Part shown: piece after piece, positions 55,481-62,854 of the stretch
Layout: every line of letters starts with the position of its first letter
Numbering within the stretch: the first letter of the stretch is position 1
Virus record (IMG/VR): IMGVR_UViG_3300037466_003065
Span: 96,001-160,000 of that record
From: a virus
Direction: 5' to 3' (one strand)
DNA: 64,000 nt
Translations under genes and position numbers: made by a program
The notes under the pieces: model-generated
Database searches by the model: none
What the model was told of the DNA's origin: nothing
What the model saw: the letters and a program-made list of their open reading frames with translations, nothing else

Positions 55481-55848
55481 TGTCCCAATTCTGCGACATG
55501 ATCCTCTGCACATTACTGCTGGACGTGTCCCAATTCTGCGACAGCAACCGTGGCATGGTTACCAACTGTGCTGTCCCAATTCTGCGACACCTACCAAACT
55601 GTACTGTCGCAGTTCTGCGACACCTACCACGGTGCGTGCACGCGGGCACTGTCCCAATTCTGCGACACTCATCACGACGTGTGTGCAAAGGTGGTGTCGC
55701 AAAACTGGGACACTGTCCCCGCACTATTACATGAGGGGGTGTCCCAATTCTGCGACAGTGAACCACACACCGTTACACATCATGGTGTCCCAATTCTGCG
55801 ACAGTGTTCATCATGTGATTACGCAGCAGGTGTCCCAATTCTGCGACA
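55481..55848. repeat. array of nine 18-bp quasi-palindromic repeats (consensus TGTCCCAATTCTGCGACA) with 27-28-bp spacers
   Basis: Copies start at 55481, 55526, 55572, 55605, 55650, 55695 (inverted), 55740, 55786 and 55831. Period is 45-46 bp except one of 33 bp. Confidence 0.95.
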
Positions 55849-55864
55849 CGTAATCCCTACCCCA

Positions 55865-56065
55865 TTAGTCCGGCAGTGTGAACCGGTGGGCGTGCTTCAT
55901 GCTGTGCCACCACACCGGTCGGCTCTTGTTGGTGCGGAGGATGAGGATCGTGATGTTGAGGCTCTGGCCCCCGCCGTCCTCCATCGCGACGCCCTGGATC
56001 AGCACCTCCTCGTTCAGATCCAGTCGGAGTAGAGCAGGCGAGTACGCCACCGCATCGCGTTGCAC
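55865..56065 (-). CDS. small hypothetical protein (possibly frameshifted from an ATG at 56091)
   Basis: IQGVAMEDGGGQSLNI resembles a phage motif. The strong RBS precedes an out-of-frame ATG. Confidence 0.4.
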   Translation of the reverse strand: MQRDAVAYSPALLRLDLNEEVLIQGVAMEDGGGQSLNITILILRTNKSRPVWWHSMKHAHRFTLPD

Positions 56066-56140
56066 AGATCCATGAAGTCTGCGTTCTGCATGAGATGCTC
56101 CTCGAAGTGAAAGTGTGTTGCCCCCGCCGGCCTGTTTCGA

Positions 56141-56359
56141 TTAGGGCTTGACCTTGAACGTCTGCACCGCCACCCAGTCCCCGCCGGCCTCCTCCACCCA
56201 GTGCAGCGTGCCTTCCTTACGCTTCCAGGTGCCGGCCCGGCTCTCGCTGGCCATGAACTGCTCGGCCGCCGTCCGGGCGCCCTTCAGGGACGCGTGAACG
56301 CTGACCGGGCTCCCGCCCCCGCCCAGCTCGCCGCTGACCACGATATGCACGCTCGTCAT
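56141..56359 (-). CDS. small hypothetical protein
   Basis: 72 aa; AAAGGAGCATC RBS. Confidence 0.75.
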   Translation of the reverse strand: MTSVHIVVSGELGGGGSPVSVHASLKGARTAAEQFMASESRAGTWKRKEGTLHWVEEAGGDWVAVQTFKVKP

Positions 56360-56451
56360 CTGATGCTCCTTTCGGATAGAGGGTCTGTACAGGGAGGCGC
56401 CCAGGGCCGTTCACCCAGGTGCTCCCCAGTGCGGGCCCTCCGGCCTGCACG

Positions 56452-57006
56452 TTATGCCGCCTCGTACTGCCCCCGGTTCATGTGGTAGCGGAACATCTGT
56501 TTGTCGTGGCGACGGATGCGACGCACCTTACGCTGCTCGGCGCGGCGGGCCGCCTTCTTGCCGTCGATGTTCCAGCCCCCGCCGATGAACTCGGACGAGA
56601 TCTTGCGACGCAGCTCGAAGTCCCGCGGGGCCGTGTTGCTGCGGTAGGTCACCGAGGTCACGATCTCCTCGTCGCCGCTGTCCATCTCGTGCACCTGGTC
56701 GTCGTACTGCTTCTGGTCGATGCCGCCGGGGTACGAGAAGCCGGTGATCATCTCGGCCTCCCGGACGTAGAAGCCCGACCGGATCGCCCAGCAGAACACG
56801 ACGGCGTAGCTGCCCCCGCGGTCGTCGATCTCGATGGGCGCCTTGGGCTCGTCCTCCAGGCCCCACGTGCAGTGCCGCTGCCCCACCTCGCGGAGGTACA
56901 TGAGCTTCAACTGCTGCTCGGCGTAGGCGATGGCCTGCTCCTTGGACACCGCGATCTTGACGCCGCCGCAGACCTCGTACCCGTCGTACATTTGCACGCT
57001 GAACAT
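56452..57006 (-). CDS. hypothetical protein
   Basis: Start MFSVQM after AAGGAG; basic C-terminus. Confidence 0.7.
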   Translation of the reverse strand: MFSVQMYDGYEVCGGVKIAVSKEQAIAYAEQQLKLMYLREVGQRHCTWGLEDEPKAPIEIDDRGGSYAVVFCWAIRSGFYVREAEMITGFSYPGGIDQKQYDDQVHEMDSGDEEIVTSVTYRSNTAPRDFELRRKISSEFIGGGWNIDGKKAARRAEQRKVRRIRRHDKQMFRYHMNRGQYEAA

Positions 57007-57092
57007 TGGCAGACTCCTTGTAGCAGGAACTTGTATCAGGACTTGTACACGAACTTGTACAGATTCCCCCGACCCCTTCATGAGATGGGATG

Positions 57093-57395
57093 CTACGCCG
57101 CGAAGACGAGGCAGCCGCTGTGGGGCTGGGTCTCGACCCGCCGGCCGTAGCAGGTGAGGTAGTCGTAGACGCTGCGGTGGGTGATGTGGGGCTCCTTGCA
57201 CATGCCGACCAGCCCCGGCACGTTCCACACCGACAGCTCGAACTCGTGGAACTCGGAGCTGGGCCGATGGTAGGCCACGACGATGCAGGTGGTGGCCCAC
57301 TTGCCCAGGTCGCAGAACGTGGCGTGCTGGTGGGCTTGGACGTGCTGCTCTTCTTCGACGCTCATGACTGAGCGGAGTAGGGACGTGTGACGCAT
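57093..57395 (-). CDS. hypothetical protein
   Basis: 100 aa; AAGGAGCATC RBS. Confidence 0.65.
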   Translation of the reverse strand: MRHTSLLRSVMSVEEEQHVQAHQHATFCDLGKWATTCIVVAYHRPSSEFHEFELSVWNVPGLVGMCKEPHITHRSVYDYLTCYGRRVETQPHSGCLVFAA

Positions 57396-57419
57396 GTGAT
57401 GCTCCTTGAAGAGGAGGGT

Positions 57420-57953
57420 TTACCTGACGGGCTTGACGACGCGGCTGTTGTGCTGTTCGAACTCCCGAACCTTGTAGGCCGAGTTGGGGTAGAGCCGCAG
57501 GAAGTTGCGACGCTTGGCCTCGTAGCTTTCCTCGACGTTCACGCCCACCCTGTTCTGGAGGATCAGGATGTGGATGCGGTTCAGCTCACGGAGCTTCATC
57601 GCCTCGTGCTGGAAGTCTCTGGCCCGCCCCTTGGCGATCGGTTTGTAGAAGCAGGGATTCTGCTTCGGAGGCTTGGGGCTGCGAGGGCCCTTGCAGCCCG
57701 GCGTCCGCGGCCCGTGGTGCCACGGCGTGGCCTTCAACATCCGCGGCGTGATGCTGACGGTGGACTTGATGCCCAGGCCCACCGGCCCGCCGGCCATGTG
57801 GGGCTTGAGCACGCCGATGTACTCGACCCGGCGCCGGGCACTGGCCTGGGACATGCTCAGGCCGTGCACCTTCGGAGACGGGACGGGGAGCACGCGGCAC
57901 TTCGGGTGGGGCGTGCGGGAGTCGTACACTTTCTCTTTCATGGCATCACCCAA
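57420..57953 (-). CDS. basic hypothetical protein
   Basis: 177 aa, Arg/Lys/Pro-rich. Confidence 0.55.
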   Translation of the reverse strand: MGDAMKEKVYDSRTPHPKCRVLPVPSPKVHGLSMSQASARRRVEYIGVLKPHMAGGPVGLGIKSTVSITPRMLKATPWHHGPRTPGCKGPRSPKPPKQNPCFYKPIAKGRARDFQHEAMKLRELNRIHILILQNRVGVNVEESYEAKRRNFLRLYPNSAYKVREFEQHNSRVVKPVR

Positions 57954-58347
57954 TGCGGTTGAACCGGAACTCGAAGCCGAGGAAGTTGTCGCGGAGCACG
58001 CTGATGCGGGCCTTCGCCTCGTCGAGGGTGTAGCCGGCTTCGACCATCGTCCAGGTGCCGGCGCCGGGGCAGCACTCGGGGATCTGCTGTTCGATCTTGT
58101 AGCGGATCGGCTCGTGCTTCAGCTCCTCCCGCTTGATCTGTTCGGCGAGCTGGGCGCAGTCCCTGCTGCTGAACCCGGCGATCAGGCAGCAGCCGTGCAG
58201 CCGCCGCATCTGCTCGATGGTGCGGCAGGGGACGTACAGCACCTCGTCGACGAGCGTCCAGGTCAGCTCGTTGCGCTCGAGGTGTTCCGACAGACGACAG
58301 GTCTCCTCCTCACCGAGCTTGGAGATGTCGATCGTGAACGTGGTCAT
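57946..58347 (-). CDS. hypothetical protein
   Basis: 133 aa; AGGAGG RBS. Confidence 0.7.
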   Translation of the reverse strand: MTTFTIDISKLGEEETCRLSEHLERNELTWTLVDEVLYVPCRTIEQMRRLHGCCLIAGFSSRDCAQLAEQIKREELKHEPIRYKIEQQIPECCPGAGTWTMVEAGYTLDEAKARISVLRDNFLGFEFRFNRIG

Positions 58348-58375
58348 AAGACCTCCTGTGTTGGAGACGAAAGAA

Positions 58376-58400
58376 GCCGGCGGGTTTGCGGCCCGCCGGC
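58376..58400 (-). terminator. intrinsic terminator
   Basis: 9-bp stem GCCGGCGGG / CCCGCCGGC followed by UUCUUU on minus. Confidence 0.75.
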
Positions 58401-59694
58401 CCCGGTGTACACGATGCTGTCCCGTAGGTCGCTCCAGTTCCCTGTTGCCAGGAGGATTGCGTTATCACCTCATCGTGTCGCTCCCCGGGCATTGCCGGGG
58501 CTGTTGCCTCAGACCCTCCGCGGTCTCCAGTGCGGAGGTGGTCTGTGTCGTCCTACCGTCTCACCCATTGGGCAACGAGAGCTGGGGGCAGGATCGTGGA
58601 CAATGCCACGTCCAACCCAGCCCGCCCCTGCTCCACGGTGTGTTGTGGGCCTGGGCATCTCTGGGAGTACGGCGAAGCGAGCCACCACTGCACGCCGGTC
58701 GGCGTTCTCGACGGGATCTGTGCCTCTGCTACGATCGATCAGTCACGCCCCCATGCGATGGGTCTTTAGCCCTTGCGGCTGGGCATCGGTCACGATCGTG
58801 GCAGGCAAACAGCACGCCCGTCACCCACGCGGCTTGCTAGGCCGAACGGGCGAACGGAGACGACTGCATGCAGCTCATGCTCGCTTCTGTGCTTTCGCTA
58901 GTGCGGCTTTACGCCCGCGTTGCTCCCTTCGGACTCCGCGATACCTTCCGCTGTCGTCCCAGCTCGGGGCTGGTTCTGCGACAGACCACGATCCTTCAAC
59001 GTGCTCGCCTAGCGGGGCCAGGGGCCTGGCCACAAGCCAGACCGCCGCAAGTGGCGTTCCTGCTTTAAATCACGCATCGGCACAAGACCGAAGGTAGGGA
59101 ACGCCCCAAGGCATCAACTCACACTGGGGATCGTGGTCAACGGTACGTCACGCGGCGTCCTCTGGACGCGTCAGAACCGCGGGCGTCGTCACGACGTGCC
59201 GCGGGCCGTTTCAAACCACACTACTACTCACCAAGGTATTCAGAGTCATGTCCCATTCGGGCAGTCCCAACCACACAGTCGGAACATCCGTTTGGGGCTC
59301 GTTTATCACCTTGCCCTTTTGCACCGCGTTACCGGTGCGTTTTAAGGTCGTTTCTTGAGGGTAACGACCCTGAGCAACTTTACACCACCGGAACTATCCC
59401 GCATCCACCGGCCATGAACCCCCGAAGGGGCGGATGGGCGGCTTCCGCTGATAGCCCGCTATGGGCCACCGACCCGGCTCGCCTTGCGAGCTTTGCGAGG
59501 TTGGCTTCCGCCATTCAAGAACCCACCTAGTGGGCGTGCTGTCCGATTCTCAGCACCCGCTGAACGTGGTTCCCGACGAATCGGGGCGACGTTGAGCAGT
59601 CGACCATTGGGGCCGACGCTTGCACCGCAGTCTCTACCGCGTGCAAGGCATCACCTTTGGCCAGTGGCTACCACCGGCCGCAGGGTTTGATTAG
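58401..59694 (-). ncRNA. candidate large structured non-coding RNA (3' portion), unassigned class
   Basis: No credible ORF over ~1.3 kb. More than 15 hairpins, UUCG loops on minus at ~59420 and ~59575, GAAA/GCAA/GUAA loops, and an 11-bp long-range stem (58984-58994 with 59128-59138). Ends at a terminator. Confidence 0.55.
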
Positions 59695-60559
59695 GACAAG
59701 CGAATAGGCACTGTGAGACCCCCGAGCTGGACACTACAAACGACCCCCTTCACTCACGACTACTCCCGAACCACGACCCGGCAGAACTGCGCGGCCGTTT
59801 CCGACCGGTTCAGCAGAACCTGCTCGAAGGCCAAGTCGACGGGCTTGGTTGCCCCGTCGATGGTCTTGACCGACCCGCCGGACAGCGCCCGCACCGCGTT
59901 CATCGCGGCCGGCACGCGGCCCCACGCCCGGTTGACCCACTCCTGCGCCTTCATGAAGTGCTTCGCCACCTCCTCTTTCTTTGCGGCGACCCACTTCTCC
60001 ACCAGCGCCGCATCCTGCGGCTTGACCTCGACGGTGCCGATCTTGCCACCGTCCTTACGGGCGAGCGCCTCGGCGTCAATCGCCTTGAGGCGAGCGTCGC
60101 GGTGCGCCTCAAGTGCGGCCAAGACCTCCACGGTGGGGATCTTGGCGAGGAACCCTTGCGTCACGGTGCGAGCCTTCATGGGCTTGCCACCGTTGCGAGC
60201 CTTGCAGCACGCCTTCACGGCCGACCCGAGCATCGGGCCGGCGCCCGTCCCCTTGTCGAAGATCCCGAAGATCAGGGCATACGCCGCGGCGCTGGTGCGC
60301 TTGCGGAGTTCGCCCATGTCGGCCTTGCGGAGGTCTTGGAGGTTCTGGGCCGTCGCATCGAGAACGAGAACATCCTCGTGCGAGAAGCCCAGCGCCTCAT
60401 CAATCGCCGCTGCCGCCTTCGAGACCGAACGAGAAGAAACTTTCGTGTCCTTAGCCATTGTCAACTCCCGCCGGAACCTGTCCGGCATGTTAGAGACCAA
60501 CAAACAGAACGATAGAACCAGAACCAGCTAAGGGGTCTCACAGTACCTATTCACTTGTC
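59695..60559. repeat. 28-bp inverted repeat pair flanking the ORF at 59760..60458
   Basis: 59695-59722 GACAAGCGAATAGGCACTGTGAGACCCC vs the reverse complement of 60532-60559, GACAAGTGAATAGGTACTGTGAGACCCC; 26/28 identical. Confidence 0.95.
59760..60458 (-). CDS. Ala/Lys-rich helical hypothetical protein nested in the inverted repeat
   Basis: Start MAKDTK after GGGAG; typical codon usage; no recognised family motif. Confidence 0.8.
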   Translation of the reverse strand: MAKDTKVSSRSVSKAAAAIDEALGFSHEDVLVLDATAQNLQDLRKADMGELRKRTSAAAYALIFGIFDKGTGAGPMLGSAVKACCKARNGGKPMKARTVTQGFLAKIPTVEVLAALEAHRDARLKAIDAEALARKDGGKIGTVEVKPQDAALVEKWVAAKKEEVAKHFMKAQEWVNRAWGRVPAAMNAVRALSGGSVKTIDGATKPVDLAFEQVLLNRSETAAQFCRVVVRE

Positions 60560-60830
60560 AAAGAACATGCCTGCGCACGCTCTAGTCGACGGTCGCTCTT
60601 TGCGTAGGGTATGGGCTTATCCCAATGGGGCACCTAGGCACGTACATCGCCTAGGGGTTCTACCCACGTTGACCGCTTGACGTCTCACGACGTAGGCGGG
60701 GTTCGGTGCGGCTGCCGCACCGTCAACGGGCATCGCGTTTTGTCCACCTAGACCCACGACACGCGGCGAACCGCGTAACGTGAGCGGGGGTTTCTCCCAC
60801 GCGACCCACACGAACACGACCGAAGATTTC
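60560..60830 (-). ncRNA. hairpin-rich non-coding segment (candidate 5' portion of the structured RNA)
   Basis: Stems CCTAGGC/GCCTAGG, GGTGCGGC/GCCGCACC and ACGCGG-UUCG-CCGCGT (minus), plus a GAAA-type loop near 60790. Confidence 0.45.
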
Positions 60831-61213
60831 AAAGAGCAACATCACGAGGCACCAGTTAGACGACTGCGGCGAATCCGGCAGAGGTGCGCGGGGTGGGGGG
60901 CTTTGGGATCGGGCGACCTGGTCGGCCTGGCCGACCTATATGGGCAGGCTTTCACATAAGGGTCAGGCCAAACTCAAAATGGGCGGGGGCCTCTCCCAAT
61001 CACATCTGCGAACATGGATCAGATCGAAGGGCGGGCTCGAAAATTAGGCGGGGGCCAGAGTCACATGACCATGACACAGGGGGCGGGGGTGGTCTGAGCT
61101 GGATCGAAAGGGGCGGGGGCGAGATGGGGTCGGTTCAAAATTTTACGGGGGAAGGGTCGAAATAATCAGGGGCATGTTCGGGTTTCTGTTGTTCCACTCA
61201 CAATTAGTTCTAC

Positions 61214-61606
61214 GTGGAACACGAGCTCATCCTTATGTTCCACAGGGGAACATCCGATGTCGGGGGCATGGATTTCAACACGGGCTACATCATGGGGCTG
61301 GTCGTTGGCGGGGGCTGCTTCACGATCCACCAGAACAAGAAGAGTGGGCAGGTCACACCGACGTTCAGCCTGAAGCTGCACGAGCGGGACTACCAGCCAC
61401 TACTCGACCTGCAGAAGCTGTTGGGAGGGACGATCTACGGGCCCTACAACCACCAGAAGCGGAAGTATCGGGCGCTCTTCGTGCGAGGGGCTGATCTGGC
61501 GAAGGCGATCCCTGTGTTCGACAACTACCTGCCGAAGAGCCACAAGAGGGATCAGTTCTCGGCTTGGTTGGAGCACGAACGGGTCAGGGTGCTGTGGCAG
61601 AAATGA
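61214..61606 (+). CDS. single-motif LAGLIDADG-fold protein, catalytic acidic residue missing
   Basis: GYIMGLVVGGGCF, then F.L.L...D...L..L...LGG.IY...R.....L...I.P.FD.YL..S.K..QF..W. Likely start is the ATG at 61268. Confidence 0.8.
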   Translation: MEHELILMFHRGTSDVGGMDFNTGYIMGLVVGGGCFTIHQNKKSGQVTPTFSLKLHERDYQPLLDLQKLLGGTIYGPYNHQKRKYRALFVRGADLAKAIPVFDNYLPKSHKRDQFSAWLEHERVRVLWQK

Positions 61607-61607
61607 A

Positions 61608-61688
61608 GGCCCAGAGGAGGGAGTCGAACCCTCGGTGCGTGTCAAGCACTAGCCGCTGCGTCCGTGCCGTTGGTAGACTTCACTGGGC
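61608..61688 (-). tRNA. tRNA-like element with degenerate anticodon arm (loop centred on CUA)
   Basis: Acceptor GCCCAGTG/CTCTGGGC (one mismatch), D-arm GTCT/GGAC with GG, canonical T-arm GAGGG-TTCGACT-CCCTC. The anticodon stem is bulged, U33 is absent and CCA is not encoded. Confidence 0.5.
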
Positions 61689-61841
61689 AGAAGAAACATC
61701 GGGCGGCCAAGGTCTTCTTCATGAACTGAGAGCTGCCTCACCGATAACTCTCCTGTCTCGCAGATCACCCACCTTCGAGACAAAGCCCGAACCCTGCGGC
61801 TACTCCCATGGTCGCATGGTTTTTCTTTGCGCATAAAAGAA

Positions 61842-61867
61842 CCCCGCTGTGTGGGTGATCAGCGGGG
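61842..61867 (-). terminator. intrinsic terminator
   Basis: CCCCGCTG / CAGCGGGG stem followed by UUCUUUU on minus. Confidence 0.7.
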
Positions 61868-61931
61868 CGCTTTCCCTACCCGACCGGGCCTGATAGCAAC
61901 ACACCACCAGGTGGGGATCCATGTCGGGCAG

Positions 61932-62177
61932 CTAATTCTGTGCTGCGTGCAGTGACGCGAGTAGCTCGTCGACGACGGCGGTTGTAATCGAGTTCCGGGC
62001 CTGACGCAACGCCTCGATCGCCTGGTCGATCTGGTCTACGTCAAGGGTGCCGTCGAACCCGAGCAGGGTGACCGTGAAGTGGGCGGCACTGGTGCCACTG
62101 GTCAGGGGGGACTGCTGGACGTGGGCCTCGAAGCCTCCGTGCATGATGAGCATGGCACTCCTTTGCTGAAGTGGCAC
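61932..62177 (-). CDS. small hypothetical protein (start uncertain)
   Basis: Amphipathic C-terminal helix; followed by a terminator. Confidence 0.5.
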   Translation of the reverse strand: MPLQQRSAMLIMHGGFEAHVQQSPLTSGTSAAHFTVTLLGFDGTLDVDQIDQAIEALRQARNSITTAVVDELLASLHAAQN

Positions 62178-62227
62178 GCATCATACCGGGGGCAACTATC
62201 ATGTCTATCAGAAATTTGTAGGGAGTT

Positions 62228-62809
62228 TTACCCGAGGCCAGTCTCGTGCGAGTCGAGACTCTCGTTCTCGCCACCGATCGAGAGCCGCAGGAAGTCGTGG
62301 GCACAAGGGCCGTCATGACCCTTGGTGCGGGTGCAGGCGGCATAGCCGGGCGTGGGAGGGATGGAGCCGCAACGGGGGAGGGGATGGGGCAGCTTGTGCG
62401 GAGCCGATAAAGCGGCGGGGTGGATACCCTCGACGTGGTTCGGGTCGAGGGTCGGCACCTCGACTCGCGGGGCCTCATACACTGCGGGAGCCAAGAAGCT
62501 GAACCCACGCCTGACCGTGACGGCCATGTTCTCCTGCTGCTCCTGCAGACCGGGAGGGAGCTCGATCTTCGCGCCGGGCAAGAACTTCTCCTTGAAGTAG
62601 GTATCCAGCCCCGCGAAATTTTCGATAGTCGCCGGAATCGTGACCCGCAGGCCGCACCGGTCGCAGAACAGCGCCTTCGCCGTCGCCGTCGTCTGGTGGC
62701 ACGAGACCAGGCCGCCGCAGGTGGTGTGGATCCCCGCGCCGAACGCGTTGATCTTCTCGTGGGGCATGCCGAACACCGACAACCGATCGCCGTCCGTGGA
62801 GATAATCAT
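62228..62809 (-). CDS. Cys/His-containing hypothetical protein
   Basis: H.TCGG...CDRCG and RC.......C....GHDGPC motifs; start MIISTD. Confidence 0.6.
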   Translation of the reverse strand: MIISTDGDRLSVFGMPHEKINAFGAGIHTTCGGLVSCHQTTATAKALFCDRCGLRVTIPATIENFAGLDTYFKEKFLPGAKIELPPGLQEQQENMAVTVRRGFSFLAPAVYEAPRVEVPTLDPNHVEGIHPAALSAPHKLPHPLPRCGSIPPTPGYAACTRTKGHDGPCAHDFLRLSIGGENESLDSHETGLG

Positions 62810-62854
62810 GGGGGCATTAGACCCGTAGGGAGAATTGCCTGCAAGGGGGTGATG

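Noticed and set aside
55481-55848. Canonical CRISPR array
   Set aside because: The repeat is only 18 bp, one copy is inverted, spacer-free tandem copies occur at 62855, and no cas genes or leader are evident. Kept as a non-CRISPR array.
429-58000. Numerous long plus-strand ORFs in the ORF track (e.g. 429..1322, 12438..13661, 30135..31634, 57673..59097)
   Set aside because: They are antisense shadows of real minus-strand genes, or Arg/Pro/Ala-rich chance ORFs typical of high-GC DNA, and lack RBSs or motifs.
58972-58983. Partial copy of the 18-bp repeat (GTTCTGCGACA)
   Set aside because: Only one half-site matches, and it is explained by a local hairpin (TGTCG...CGACA).
59440-59485. Group II intron domain V (GAGCCG on minus) after a looped-out ORF
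   Set aside because: The geometry is wrong (4-bp lower stem, 6-nt bulge, no GNRA cap), the ORF has no RT motifs, more than 1 kb of non-coding sequence follows, and no interrupted gene is evident.
59620-59646. Group I intron P7-like GUAGAGACUG
   Set aside because: It sits inside a local hairpin, no complementary S element (AAGAUAUAGUC-like) was found, and there are no split exons.
59695-60559. IS/MITE terminal inverted repeats (Tn3-like GGGG ends)
   Set aside because: The GGGG ends face inward toward the ORF, there is no target-site duplication, and the enclosed ORF has no transposase or recombinase motif.
59135-60684. Long-range pairing between 59135-59150 and 60668-60684
   Set aside because: The matches are only 8-10 bp, in crossing order, and compete with a better 11-bp stem, so chance is likely.
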